Positions 37,150-50,984 are shown, counted from the stretch's first letter. The stretch: 64,000 bases of DNA from Callorhinchus milii (GCF_018977255.1 NW_024704743.1:66218001-66282000), one strand, 5' to 3'. The notes: generated by a model from the sequence alone, not told the origin. Made by a program: numbers and translations.

Positions 37150-37470
37150 GAACTTACGGTCCAAGCTGATGCTCCAATCCAGTGCAGAAAGAGCACTGTA
37201 TTATTGGAGATGCCATCTTCAAATAACAGGTGGATGTTAAATATCCAAAGACACTATTCAAAAAGAGGAGGGACATTTTACTCATGTCCTGGCCAACAAT
37301 CTTCCAAATAAACTAATGATTCACTTTATGGCTGGTTGTGGAACAGAGCTAAATGAAAATTAGCTATCACATTCGCCTACAAATACACAGTCACTATAAT
37401 TTACAGAAATTCCCTATCAAGCATCTTGAGATGGTTTGAGTTATAGGTACTATATTAAATACAAAGATTA
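37150..37470 (+). mobile_element. Deu-domain SINE (family A), partial
   Basis: 'caggtggatgttaaatatcc...cactattcaaaaagaggaggga...tgtcctggccaacaatc'. Confidence 0.75.
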
Positions 37471-38209
37471 TTCCTACTGTTAATAAAATAATTAAATTTG
37501 AAATGTCCATTCACATTCATCTGTGTCCTTTCGTTCTAGATTTTTTGGACTTTTGCAAAAAAACATTTTGTTAGAGCTTAGTTCACCTGTGACCTTTAGA
37601 ATCTGAAGATTCAGCAAAGAATAAAATCAGTCAAAAAACTATTTTTTGCTCAAAATCTAGTTCTCTTCTGTAAAGCAATTTATCAGAGATAGCTCCCAAA
37701 CTGTTATTTTCCCTGTAAGATGTCTGTTGTACTAGTGGGTGGCAGGAGCATGTCTGTTCATTCATGGCAGGATGTATTTTATTCATTCTAAAAATATATT
37801 TCACTTTTATTACCTGGTAGTTTAGCAAGGCACATCTCAATTGGCAGCATGGAGGCAAAGTCTGCATCTGTTTTTTAACATTTTTTTTAGGTGTAAATGT
37901 ACTTTTCTTTTTGAACATGAGACCATCACAGAGCCTCATGCAATATGTGTATGGCCCAAATATTTATATTCTAATTGTGGTGAATTGTGGATTTTTATTC
38001 CAGAAATTGCACAATACATTGTACAGATATGAAATTTCTAGTAAAATCTAGCAGAATTACCTTAGAGCAGGGTCTGTTCTAACTAGCTTCAACTAATACA
38101 TGAAGTTGACACTCCAATAACGTTCAGATGAGACGTTAAACTAAGCCGCTGGAGGGCATTATCTGAAGCTCAGGGTCATATATCCAGGATTTGGAGTCCA
38201 CTTTAATAA

Positions 38210-38625
38210 TCGTAATAATAATAACCTTACTTTTTGTATAACGACTTTCACGTCAGCAGGACATCCCTAAGTGCTTTCCATGTATGTTGTAAAATGCATT
38301 GACTGTGTGTTTTGTGAACAAACACAACAACCAATTTGTGCGCAGCAGTGTCCCACAAACAGCTATGAAGTAAATGACCAATTTTAATGGGGGGATTGCT
38401 AGGCAGGACACCAGGAGAAACTCCCTTTTCTTTCTGAATAGTGCCATGGGATCTTTAAGGTCCACCTGAACAGGCAGACGGAGACTTGGTTTAACATTTC
38501 ATCTGAAGGATGGCACTCCAATAATGCAGTGCACCCCGCACTGCATTGGCATGTCAGCTTAAACTATGTGAGTTCCACATGCTGACATGAGGCTTGAATC
38601 CCTACCAACTGAGCCAGGCTGACAC
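38210..38625 (-). mobile_element. Deu-domain SINE (family A)
   Basis: Well-preserved Deu core 'gaatagtgccatgggatctttaaggtccacctgaacaggcagac'. Confidence 0.88.
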
Positions 38626-39129
38626 ATTGATGGGTATGCAGAGAGTTAAACAACTGCTGCTTAAACTCTGCACTTCCAACTGGTGGAATCGCTCAGTGGG
38701 AAGGGACGTGTCTGAGCCGTGGGTAGGAAATGGTGGCAATGCTCTCATGCATTTCATGCTGAGCTTTGTTGCCGCTGAGAAGCTTGCAGGGAGTTCCTGA
38801 TTCCTGCCATCAATGTAGTAAGGGCTCAAACTTGAGCTTTTCAGATGTCAAATGACTAATTAGTGACTGTCCTCCTTGGGGGAAGATAGGTGGTGCTGAA
38901 GGTGACATGCTTGGCAACAGAATGTCGGAATCGAGCCAGCCCTCTGTGGCTGTCTCGGTAGTCCGGTGCCTGAGCCAGGTGAGTCTGTAGTATTCCAGGG
39001 AACTGCTGATGACCCCACAGCCAGCCTGGCTCATCGGTAGGATTTGGATAGACAAATTCATCACTGGAGCAGGGATTCTTCTCACTCTGCTTTTAATCCT
39101 GCTAGCCAAAGCTCTCATGGGTACAGTGG

Positions 39130-39400
39130 TTCTCGCTGGTCAAGCAGCTTGCAGCTTGCCAGACAGTGCTATCAAGCTATGTCGTTTTAGTTGGTTAAAC
39201 TCCAGCAATTTTGCAACACATACTGGGGTCCACAAGCCTTGGCTCTTGCCAGCCTGTGCCTAATACTCTCTGAAATTAAGTAAGCAAGATGCATCCCTCA
39301 AGGCAAAGAGTGTATGTTCCATTAAAAACACAGGAATTTCCATGTTTAGGTTGCATACAAGGAACTCTGTTTGGTTTGGATACTCTTAAGCATGGTGATA
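39130..39400 (-). repeat. Unclassified interspersed repeat, copy 4 (may extend to ~38630)
   Basis: 'aagccttggctcttgccagcctgtgcctaatactctctg...ggatactcttaagcatggtgat'. Confidence 0.72.
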
Positions 39401-40577
39401 GATATCCGTAAGTAACCAAACAAAATCCTTGCATTTGATGTAACGCCTTTCACGTATAATAGAACTTCACAGGCTTTTACCGTAAAGTGTAGTGACTGTG
39501 TGTTGTGTAGGCAAACTTTTGTGCATGCGCAATCCAACATATATTCCACACATGTACAGATTTTCTTCATCATGAAGTTCATTCACAGTTTCATTCAGAC
39601 ACCCAACTCACCCCCAGAAAATAGAGTACAATGACCCAGTGAACTTTCCCTGGGGACAATGGACTTATATTTGCAATCATGGTTTTAATTTTCTGTTGGA
39701 AATCAGGGTCCAAGTTTATCCATTTCATTTGGCGTTCATTTGGGAGTATTGCTAATGGGGACACTGGGAGAAACTTCCTTCACATTTTGAATCATATTAC
39801 GGGATCTTTAACATTCACCTAAACAAGCCGGTACGGTCTTAGTTTAATATCTTATCCGAAGGACTGCACCTTCAACATTGAAGCATTTCCCCAGCACTGT
39901 ATTGGTGTGTCTGCCTAGTACTATGAACCGAAAGTCCTGTTTTGGAGCTTGAACCCACCCATTTTGGTTTTACATTCTGTTACACTATACAGTATTTAGT
40001 ATTGTTTTAATGGATTGGGTTAGTAGGATAAAATATGTTAGTGCTATCACATCAAATACATTAATGAAATCCACAAGTTTTCATCAATTCAGAAATTATC
40101 CCTGGGCACTGAGTAATTTTAAACTGCAGCAAATTTTACTCCAATATTGCAATAATAAAGCTCTTCCTGATGTTTCAATAGCTCAATTACTTTAATAGTG
40201 TTTAGTGTTTTTTTCAGTTTCACTGTACCTGAGTTACAAAGCAGTCAAAACCCATCTGGAGACCCGCTGTAGCCATCCTCACTCTTAAATTAGTCAGAAA
40301 TGTGATATAAATAAGATACACAACACGACTCAGTGGTTTCTGTAAACTGTCACATCCGGTACTGCACTCTCTATTTATCCTGGAGTATATTTTTAATTGA
40401 ATAGCAATGAGTTCCTGAAGTTTAGAGACTGTAATTATTGTGCAGCTGAACTGGTAGTAATGCAATTGTCTCCAATTTTCTATCAGCATATTGTGGACTT
40501 GGGTTTTCCTTGGAAGAAGGAACTCTTTAATAGAATCCACAAAACGCAATGCAGGGAAAGACATGACAAACAGTTAT

Positions 40578-40789
40578 GGATTAAGTGATCAAATTATTTT
40601 TTTTGAAGGGTTTATTACCCCCGAAAAAGCGATCTGCCAATCGACTAACAACTGGGATCCTATTTACTGCTAGGTAAACAGAGATGAGTTGAGTAAGGAA
40701 ACAAACCCAACATTTCACCTGCCTGGAAATCAAACACAGGTCCTCTTGCTTGCGAAGTGAGTGCTCTAACCACTGAGCTACAGGACTCC
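40578..40789 (-). mobile_element. SINE family B 5' half (long variant)
   Basis: Head 'ggagtcctgtagctcagtggttagagcactcacttcgcaagc' (CGC anticodon-like) plus central domain. Confidence 0.85.
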
Positions 40790-41039
40790 ACAAGACTGAA
40801 GTATCTGTTATAACGTTCGATTCAGTGGCTGTTCCCAGACTTTAACATCTGACAATAAGTCTACATTTACATAGTTTTAAAATGTGAATGTGGACAAAGG
40901 GTCCAATTCAACTTGCGCTCAAACATGCCATCCCCCAATTGGGCAAATATTGTTAGTTCAGCACCTTGGGACGTTCTCCCAACGTGAAAGGCACTCTATA
41001 AATGTAATTTTGTTGTTGTTGTTGTTGTTCTCACCTGGT

Positions 41040-41055
41040 CCACTAGATGGAGCAC
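41040..41055 (+). promoter_or_regulatory. Candidate CTCF site
   Basis: ccactagatggagcac versus consensus CCAC(C/T)AG(A/G)(G/T)GGC(A/G)C; motif match only. Confidence 0.35.
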
Positions 41056-41338
41056 AGCCCAGAGGTGGAGGGCATTGTTAAACCAGAGGCAGGTAAACAC
41101 CGGCAAGAGGTGACCCACAACTTGCACCCCTATCATTCAAATACCTAACACCTTGATGCAGATTGTGGAAAACGTCTGCAGCTCAGCAATAACTCCTGGC
41201 TGAATTAAAATACGTCGAGGCAACAATGGAATAATCCCCACCACCCCCCCAACACATAAAACAACAACAATTTACAACTTGCATATATATAGCACACTTC
41301 ACATAGAATATGTCTCGGAGTGCTGTAAGATATACAAA

Positions 41339-41534
41339 TCTAAAATGTAGGAATGCTAATTGGATGTCTTAGCAAAGAATCGGGATTGTGTAAATGCTGG
41401 CTCCTAATAGCTGGAGTTACATTGTGCTGACCCGCGGGAAGTCCACTCCAATGCAATCTGCTTCCAAAGCAATGTTCCCATGGCTCTGTGGGATTCCTTA
41501 TTAAGGAATCTCATTAGAAATCCTACATTTTAGA
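41339..41534. mobile_element. MITE-like element with ~43-bp imperfect TIRs
   Basis: tctaaaatgtagga... (41339-41381) and ...tcctacattttaga (41492-41534); the outer 14 bp are perfect. Confidence 0.7.
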
Positions 41535-42319
41535 CTACAATATACACTGTAGAGCTACGTAGAACATATTTTAATGCAGTTGCTCCAATTATAAGTACAA
41601 TAGTTTATTTTCCACACAAGATAATAATTAGGCAACAGTGAAATGGCTTGTGTGCACTTATTGGTTGTTCAATACTGCATTGTTCATTATACAACAACTT
41701 GCGTGCATATAGCGTTCTTCACGTAAAATAATGTCTCTGAGCACTTGTAGCACACAATGAAGCCAACTGTTGTGGAATCTGGCTCCCTGCGAATTCAACT
41801 ACAAATATACACCATTCAGTTCATTAGCATCACACCATTGTGAGTTATTTTGCCCACTAAATTTGATCTGATTGACATTGGATTGTTGCTGTCTACGATT
41901 CTCTCAAATAATAACCAGATAATCTGACACAGAGCAATGAATAGTTGTGAGGCTAAGCAAAACTCAGTCCATTGTGAACTTTACTGCAGTTCTTGCCAAT
42001 CAAAAACTCTTTGATATAAATAATCACATTGTCAACTATTGCCACATGTTGTCAGAAATTATGCTTTAAATTGCTGTTAAAGTTTAAATATGTTCTTTTT
42101 CACTTGACCTGCTTTGAGCCACAATGTTAAGGGTCAACCTCATAAAAACTTTACAATGCAGTCATTACATTTTATGATATGTCATTTATTTTACAATGTT
42201 ACTTTTATTTACCTGATTTTTTTAAATCACTAACATTCTGTTGGTGGTATCATTTAATTGAAGGGAAGATCTGTTCATGTACAGATTCATCCCCCAAGCA
42301 TTCCACATGGCACAAATGA

Positions 42320-42960
42320 TACAAATTACAGAACTAAGAAAAGGCCACTTGACTTATTGAGCCTGCTTTGGTGTTGAATTCCCTGGCTCGCCATCGTGCT
42401 CCGCCACTGTCAAGCGCTCTGAGACGCTACCCTGCATGAGAGGTGCTATATAAATTCAAGTTGTTGTTATTGTTGTAGCTTCATCTGTGGATGCTAGCTG
42501 CTTTAAGACTCTTTCCCTAGTTTTTCCTCATACCCTTTGCATTGTCCCTCTTTGGATGTTTATCCAAATCCCTTTTATACATTGTTAAGTTCTCAGCCTC
42601 ATTAGCTACTTGTACCAAAATATTCCATGTTCTGATAACCTACTGCATGAAAAGTTTCTTCCCGGCTCCTATTATTCTTCCATTGTTAATATTAGGTTAA
42701 TGCCCCCTTGATACAGATTCACCACTAGTGGGAATAATCTTTCTATCCTCTCAAAACTTTTCCAAATTTTGAAGATCTGTATTACATCCCCTCTTAACCT
42801 TCTCATAGGACCCACATTTTCAATGCTATCCTCATATCTATGATCCTTCATTCCTGGTATCATGTATTGTACCATTTTCTGACTCTTTTCATAATGGTGC
42901 ACCCAGACACAGTACTCCAACTGAGCCTGACCAACATCTTGTATACATTTAATGTTATAC
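42320..42960 (-). mobile_element. CR1 LINE 3' fragment with an L2 tail inserted at ~42385-42476
   Basis: ORF 42672-42920 (EYCVWVHHY...MIPGMK...RRLRGDVIQIFKI). Confidence 0.85.
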
Positions 42961-43959
42961 TAAATGTTCCATCTACCTTTATATGGCTATATCAGGAGTA
43001 TCGCAAGTTTAACTGAAAGATTTACTTTGTATGCACATTGATTAAATAGTATCAGAGTAAATCTTTTGTTTTTATTTAGGGTCTAATTTGTGAGATTTCC
43101 AAGTTTTCCAAGTAATAAATTCTGCAAGTAGCCATATGTGTCTGAGACCAACTCTCTACAATTGGCGTATGGCAAGAGCTCAGCTTCAATCAGCATTCGA
43201 CCAGTCACCGGGGGCAAGGATTCTCCCCACTCAACTCCTGTTAACCCTGCAAGCAAAAGCCCCAGTGGGTAGGGTGATCCTACCTGGATAAGCTGCAGAA
43301 TAGCTTTCAATGACAAAAGTCACAACACAAAAAGTCTAGCAAAGTAATCCCACTCAAGACTATGAAAGGGCTGTCCCATGTCAGCATTTCACTTTCAGCA
43401 GAATGTCTTCTCCATTCTACTGTCCAACATTTTGATAAGATTACAACATTGGCTTTTCAGCAGAGAAGGGATTACAGTCATGTCACAACAATAAGCTACA
43501 TGTTGGAGTGCATTTGAAATACATATAGTGCTAGATTAAGTGAAGGAAATCTTTGGACTTACCTTCTTTTTTGTGGACACAGTAACAACTTTAAAATATT
43601 GTTCACATATTAGGTAGAGCATAATAATACGTTCATTCTGCATTATTGTCTTTATACCAACTAGAGCCACCAATCTTCTCAGTGGTTTAAAATGACATGT
43701 TATTTCTTACAAGTTAGTTTGAGTGAGATTTTCCCCCAAAAAATTAAAATTGGGAGTTTTGCCCAATGAACTCATGTTTACTAAGAACTGAATTGAAAGT
43801 GACAGGATCCTTAAAGCTTTAATTGTAACGAGAAGCCTTTCATTCCATTTCTCTAGTCTGGAGTTACATAGATGCCAAAGTGGAAAATATTGAAAAGTAG
43901 AATAATATTTCCCACGTGTAGTGTTGTTTTTGCATGACAACCCAGCAACAGCCTATTTT

Positions 43960-44600
43960 TAGAAACCACCTTTCACACTAAAGAACGCTTCAAAAGGCTT
44001 GAGCGGTGCAACTGCGGATACAGAGCCACAGTCAAAGAGATATGTTTCAGGAAGTTATTGAAGGCAGGAGAGAGGTAGAGAGACATTCTGGCTTTGAAAG
44101 AAAGCTGTAGAGGAAATGGTTGTGGGAACTGAATGCTTGATCACTGACAGTGCAGTAACAGATGCGAGGAGCAAGCAACAAACAAGAGTCTGAAAAGTTG
44201 GATAAGTTTGCATTGGTGGGGCAGGGTGAGAATGCAGAGAGATTTGAAGATGAGGTTCTTAATCTCAATCCTTTGAAGTAGTGGAAACCAATAGAGCTTG
44301 GTGAGAATGGCAGAAATGGTGCAGACTGCCTTGTTCAGGAGAGAACTCAGACTTCAGAATTCTGAATCAGTTGGAGTTTCTGAAGACTGGACCTAGAGAG
44401 GAGAGGATTGGGAGAAACTTTCCTTCAGATGATAAAAGTATGGATAAGGATTTTAGCAGCAGTGGGTGTAACTAAGGGCATAATTTAAAGGCATGGAAAA
44501 GATGGTCTTAAAGATGGGCTGGATGTGGGGTTTGAAAACTCACCTCAAGGTAAAAGCAGAACCTCAATGTTGCACACTAGCTGGTTCATCCTGTAGGAAC
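43960..44600 (-). mobile_element. Old L2 fragment
   Basis: Degenerate collinear match to the L2 3' region ('gaattctgaatcagttggag', 'ggatgtggggtttgaaa'). Confidence 0.6.
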
Positions 44601-45064
44601 AGCAAGTAGAGTTAGAGACATGTAAGTGCTGGCAAGAACCAAATAGTCCTGGCAGTGGCAGGGCAGAGGAGCTGGGTATATGAAGCTTACATATTAATTA
44701 ATTAATTAAGCTGATTTAAAAGGGAATTTACATATAGAAGCTGATTTAAAAGGGAAAAAAATGTTCAATTCTTCAAAATCCAAATTAGACGGAAGTTTAA
44801 AACTTCACGAAGAAATCAAAATTGGCTGAATTCATACTAAATCCAACTCATAATAAATTCCGAGCTCTTATCTCATGGGCGGAGTTCTGAAATTGGAAGT
44901 GTTTTATGATATCATTGAATCAAACTAGGAAAATATTGAACAGTTCAGCACTGTTTTGACTCTTTTTGATATGAACTGAGAAAAAATAGATGAATTAATA
45001 AAAATGAATGACTTAAATTTCTATATTTTACAAAAAATGAATATTTTAAATGACAATGGCACCA

Positions 45065-45080
45065 CCACTAGAGGTCACTA
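45065..45080 (+). promoter_or_regulatory. Candidate CTCF site
   Basis: ccactagaggtcacta differs by one base from ccactagagggcacta and sits in AT-rich unique DNA. Confidence 0.4.
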
Positions 45081-46544
45081 TTTCACTTTCTTTTTTATGA
45101 TGGGTGGCATGTGACAATCAACTCTGTTAGAAGTTACGCATAAAAGATAAAATGTCCTGTGTAACCATTGTGGGGCTGAGTATAATTCACAATAAATATC
45201 TAGTCAGGTATGGAACAAAATGAGAGGAGACCTGGTTTGCAAATCCAGGCCAGGCTGTCATTTTGTCCAAATCAGACCGTGAATAACAGTTAAAATGGCA
45301 GTCTTCAACCGGATCTTTGTAGGCAGAGACAGTAATTATCAATGGAGGTAATAACCGGGCAAACTCAGTTATGAAAGCAAACAGTTATAAATGGAGATGT
45401 TACATTGACAGCAATGAGATGCTACCCCGAAGGGAGCTATATAAATGCAAGTTGTTGTTGTCATATTCAAAGGGTAGGGTAGCCATGAATGGATTTGTCT
45501 TCATCCACAATAGCTGTTGGGCAAATGCAATGCAAACCCTCCACGCCTTGGGACATCCTCCCGACGTGAAAGGCGCTATACAAATGTAATTTTGTTGTTG
45601 TTGTTGCTCTAATTATTGAAGCTGATCCCTAGGTTAGGATTGAATGTGCAGGGTTCTATGGTCCCAGTAACTCTGCCAGACATCATTGATTATATCTGCA
45701 AGATTACAAATTTTGTTTGGATTAAGAAAGCCCTTTGTCCCATCTCATCTGATCTCTTCCTTCCAGAATCCCCACACTCCCATCACAGTAATACTGCACA
45801 CCACCACACATTTTTTGAAGGAAAAGACTTGTAATGCTTAAAATATGTGATTCAGATACTTTAGATATACAAAATCTCCAACATATGTACATGGTTTAAT
45901 CAAAACCCAACTGATAGAGCAACTCATGGTTCATTTTACCATCATTATATTGCTGGTTTGTATCAATATTTGAGTTGTTTTCAATGTATACAACAGTGTA
46001 TCACCTCCTAAGTCCTATAATATACAACCTTTTCCCCTGATCATTGATAAAACTGAGGATTCTTTCCTGAACCTGAAGTACATTTGCAGAATTGCAAGTG
46101 CGAGAAGTACATTGGCTCATGCCATACCAGAACCAGAAGCAGTTGCTGCAGTCAGAAGTGCAAAGCATACGAATGTTCAGTTTCTCAAAGTTATCTTCTC
46201 TTGCTTCAAATTCAAGGCAAAAAGTGAATATGTACTTGTTACAAGTATAGCTTAAAATAAAGTTAAATGGAAACTTGGCATTGCTAGTGTTCTAAGTGGC
46301 GTAGAAACACTTAGTCATGTTAATAAATCAAGTGGAAAGAATTAATTTATTCTGTACTGCTGATACGCTTTTAGAACGCGGTGTGCAGGTAGAAATAAAA
46401 GTTCACACAGAGTATTATGCTCAATGGGAGATATAATGAATGTTATTGCTCTCAAGCTCCTTGGCTGCATAACCTTTGCCAGGTGGAAATTATAGCACTT
46501 ACATGAGTTCAGTATGTTGCCTTTTTGCACCACTACCAAGCATA

Positions 46545-46770
46545 ACAGGAAAATAAATCAGACAGGGTACCGACTGGAATGTTGTCCAGTGACACCTGCT
46601 GGAAGATGCACGTGTGTGGGCATTCAGTGAGAACACGAATGAGCTTGGCTCTTGTGCTTCCTGTGATTCGATAAATCGACAACTTTCAGTATCAAGGCTT
46701 ATACCTGAATAATGACCACTTGTGCAGAACAGTGGAGGCCAGTCAGCATCTATGAAACAGCACCCCAAGA
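46545..46770 (+). mobile_element. AmnSINE2-like old SINE, 3' part
   Basis: 'tccagtgacacctgctggaagatgcacgtgtgtggg...gaataatgaccactt'. Confidence 0.5.
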
Positions 46771-49659
46771 GCAAGAAATGTGCTAACATGCCTTCAGAAA
46801 GTGTAATAGTGAAATTACCAAGTAGAAAAAGTTGATCTTACCAACACCCGTCAGGAATGCAAATGTTAATAGACAATTGCTGTACTTCTAGACCATTGCA
46901 GTTCAGACTCCTCCACACTAGAAGACAGGTGAAAACATATACATTTACTATAAATTAGGGCACCACTACAATAATAACAAATTGCATTTATATAGTACCC
47001 TTTATGCAGAACATTGTCTTGGAGCGCTTAACAGTGGCGGAGCCCGATTCCAAGCCAGGGAGAGAGGAAAGCTGACTGTAGGCACAGTCGAAGAGGAAGG
47101 TCTTCAATCACGACCTGAAAATGATGAGAGAGGGAGCAAGGTGAAGGGATTGAGGGAGAGTTCCACAGCACTAGACCAACAGGTAAGTGACCTATAATAT
47201 TATAATTATTACATTTGGTGCAGTGACTTTTATTTTGGGAGGACATCTCAAAGGGTTCATGGGATATGTTGTGAAGTGTAGTGACTGTGTGTTTTATGAA
47301 TTATTCCAAAACTACCTTATTGTAACTGCAGATTGAGATATACTTTTAACGAATGGTACAATGTGTATAACGACAAACACCTTATCTCTCTGTGGCATAA
47401 GTTCTTAAATTGGGTCACTTGGGCATTTATTCAAAATAGTTCAATTCAGGTTCAATTTTGTGTTTGAACAGGATTCAGCTCTCCATCCTGAGCAGAACTC
47501 ATTTGATCTTGAAGCATTCCTGAATAGTATAATAAGAATATGATTCCTTGCATTTGATGTAGCGCCTTACCATGTCATTGACACATTCCAAAGGGCTTCA
47601 CAGGATTTTACTATAAGTGTAGTGACTTTGCATCTGTATTTGTAGGCCAAAGACCACACAAATAGCCATGAAGTGAGTGATCTATTTTAGTTGGTGAATT
47701 TGTTGGCTAGACTAGCAAAAACATCTGAAACAAATGCTTTCATAATAGAATTGTAATAAAGGGAATGGATTTTGATAATTTTCTTATTCCTTTCATTTAA
47801 CTTAAAAATACTTGTAACCTTATAAAATCATTATGGTATTTGGATATTGGGGATTTTTAAAAATAATCCCACAAAGCAATTAATTAATTAATTGATTAAC
47901 TAATAATTAATTAATTGCTTGTTTCAGACAACACACTCATGATTTTGGGATTATATAGAACAAACAAGGCATTGTTGAATCCTATAGAGTGAACAAACAG
48001 TACAAGACCCAATGACCATAAAACCACTGAACCCAAAATATGTGCAACGTGAACTTCTTTGTTTTTTTCCAAGTTGAATGAATGTTAGAGCGGTGATTAC
48101 CAATAAAGACTACAGAAGCGATGGAAACAACACAGGGCAGGAAACAATGTAACATTATAAAAATAAATACTACATGCAGCAAGAGAACATTAAAAATGAA
48201 ATGGCAGCTTCAAGAATTATTTATAAATGCAGGCCAAGCCAAGTTATTCAAATGACAGCATTAATACATCAGTAATCCTTCCTACTTCAGCTGTTAAAAT
48301 AAAATATAATAATGGAAAACATTGTAATGTTTAAACAACATCAATGTTCACTCTTCGATTCATGAGATTTACAAAGATGGTGATTATGTAAGAAACGTTT
48401 TACTTGTTAAAAAAAACACAATGCTGTTTGTGGTGATGAAAGGACAGGGAAAAATTGCATTGCAACAAGCAATTCAGTTCAAAGAGGTGGAAAATGTAGA
48501 ATATTTCTGGAAGAGGAAAATTCCACTATTATTTGTAGTACAAACACCCCTGTTTGGAGAATATAATACCTTATGTAGGCCACCAATGCTTTTTTTCTCA
48601 CTCTGTTCACAATGGAGCTGTATTAAACCAAACAACAAAGGAATGATCAATCAAAGTCAACATATTAGTAGTACTGATGTATGCAGCCAATTCACCTGAA
48701 GAGCAAGTGTGGTTTAAGAAAAGGAAAACAAATAATTCTTAAGTGAAAATTCTTTTAATAAGAATTTATCATTCCAGTCAACTAAGAAATTCAAAAAATG
48801 TGTACCACTGGACAACTGGTCTGCTCTTAAATACAATGGCCAATATAGTTTAGCAACTATGTTAAGACTCCAAGAGAATGCTTCTTGATTATTGACCAAG
48901 ACACCTCATTGAAAACATTCCTCGGTAGAATTAACAATGCCTCATTGGTCAGATAAAGCATGAGGTTGTTGCCTTTTAAGAACAAGCCACTAATAAATCT
49001 GGAGCCTTTTATTCCATTTTGGCGGATTGTTCATGATTGATCAATGGAGAAGTTACACAATAAAATGGTGCACTGTTGTGATATTGTCATGGTTATCCCA
49101 AGACATAATTGAAGCTCAGCAATTTGAATCTGCAAAATTGGTTTCAAAGGCTGTTTAATCATATGTTTTGGGTGTGAACGATATGTGAGAGAACATTTTC
49201 TTAATGCATGAATGTATGACCTCATATCATACCTTCCAACACTATGGGTTTTCCCCATAGATTACGTGTGTTCAGGTCCATCTTTAGGTCTATGGAAAAG
49301 CTCAACAGTCTACAGGGCAGAGATGGCACTAGTTTTTAAAAATGTGGCTCCGTTGATGCCTGCGGCAAAACCAATCAATGTCAAGCTGTGGGCTTTGAAA
49401 ATGTGGGGTGGATTTTTTGCACCCAGAATAGATTTTTAGCATACAGAATATCTCTTGGCCCAAGTCAGGCTAATTCCAAATTCCAGATACTTGGAGTTTA
49501 CTGAACTTTGACTCAAAATACAACTATCTAGAAAAAGAAAATATGAGCAAAATTTCAAGACAGAATAGTTAAATGAATTTCCGGACAATCAGCTTTTTTA
49601 ATGAACATCTACTATTTGTTTCTTCTGCAAGATTAGCAGGAATATCATATTACACTATT

Positions 49660-50910
49660 TTAACAACAACAAAATGACATTTGTAAAGTGCCTTTATGTT
49701 GGGAGGACATCCCAAGGAGCTGAACAGTCAGGGATCAGGATCCGAGCATGAGGCAGGTTTGGGATGAGGGAGGGCAAAATGGGTAGGAGGGCGGCTGAAT
49801 GCACAGTGAAAAAGAAGGTTCTTGAGTTGGGCCTTAAAGGAGGCAAGAGAGAGAGCAAGGTGAAGGGACTGTGGTATGGAGTTCCAAAGAGTGGGGGAAG
49901 AGAGACTGAAAGCCCGGCCACCAATGGTAGGGCAGGTCGGGCAGGAGACATGGAGTAGACCAGAGCCTGCTGAATGGAGGGACTGGACAGGTTGACAGGG
50001 TGTCATCAGGTCAGAAATGTTGGAGGGGGCAAGGCCATGGAGGACCTTGAAATTGAGGGTGAGGATTTTGAATTCTATCCTCTAAAGGATGGGGAGCCAG
50101 TGGAGTTGGGCGAGGGTGGGTGTAATGGAGCCATGGAGCCTGGTGCAGGAGAAGACACGAGTTGCAGAGTTCTGGATGATCTGCAGTTGTGGAGGGAAGA
50201 GTTGGGGAGGCCAACAATGAGGGAGTATCCAGAGTCGAGCCTTGAGGTGATGAATGTCTGTATGAGCGTTTCAGCGGCCTGAGGGGTGAGGCAGTGGCAG
50301 AGTCGGGCAATGCTGCAGAGGTGGGGGAAGGCAGAGTGGGTCATGGCACAGATATGGAGGAGGAAGGATGGTCAAACAAGACACCCAGGTTCCTAACTGG
50401 CTTGGTGAGGTGGAGTGTGCAACTGTGGATGCTGATGCTGCCAGTGCCTGAGGTGCTGAGGTGCTGGTGCGAGTCAATCAGGAGGGCCTCAGTCTTGCTG
50501 ACATTCAGCTGTAGAAAGTTGGTTCTCATCCAAGACTTGATGTCAGACAGACAGTCTGTCAGGCATGAGTTGTCCTGGAATTGAGGGTGGAGGCAGAGAT
50601 GGGGTCAAGTTCCACGTGTACCCGTATGACACCCGGAGTTGGATGTCATCCGGGTACATGTGGAAGTTGACCGCATGTTTGCGGATGATGTCACCAAGGG
50701 GGAGCATGTAGAGGGTTGAAAAAGAGAGGAATGAGTACAGAGCCCTGAGGAACACCACACAAGACTGTGCAGAGGCTGGAAGAGAAACTGTCGGTGAAGA
50801 CAAATGGGAGACAGTGTGAGAGATAAGACCTGAACCATTCAAGGACAGAATATTGAAGATGGAGGTGTGAGGACAGGTGGTGGAGGAGGATGGAGTGGTC
50901 CATAGTATTG
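49660..50910 (-). mobile_element. L2 LINE, RT domain to 3' tail, frameshifted
   Basis: [49 protein letters not shown], tail (AAC)n. Confidence 0.93.
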
Positions 50911-50984
50911 AAGGCAGCAGTTTCCGTGCTGTGAGCAGCATGGAAAGCTGATTGTAGGGGCTCGTGAAGGGAGTAGTAGGAAAG

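Noticed and set aside
38844..38984. Plus-strand exon ending at a perfect CAG|GTGAGT donor
   Set aside because: All three frames from the nearest acceptor contain stops, and the segment may belong to the unclassified repeat.
44708..44756. 19-bp direct repeat aagctgatttaaaagggaa as a TSD
   Set aside because: Only 11 bp lie between the copies; a simple local tandem duplication explains it.
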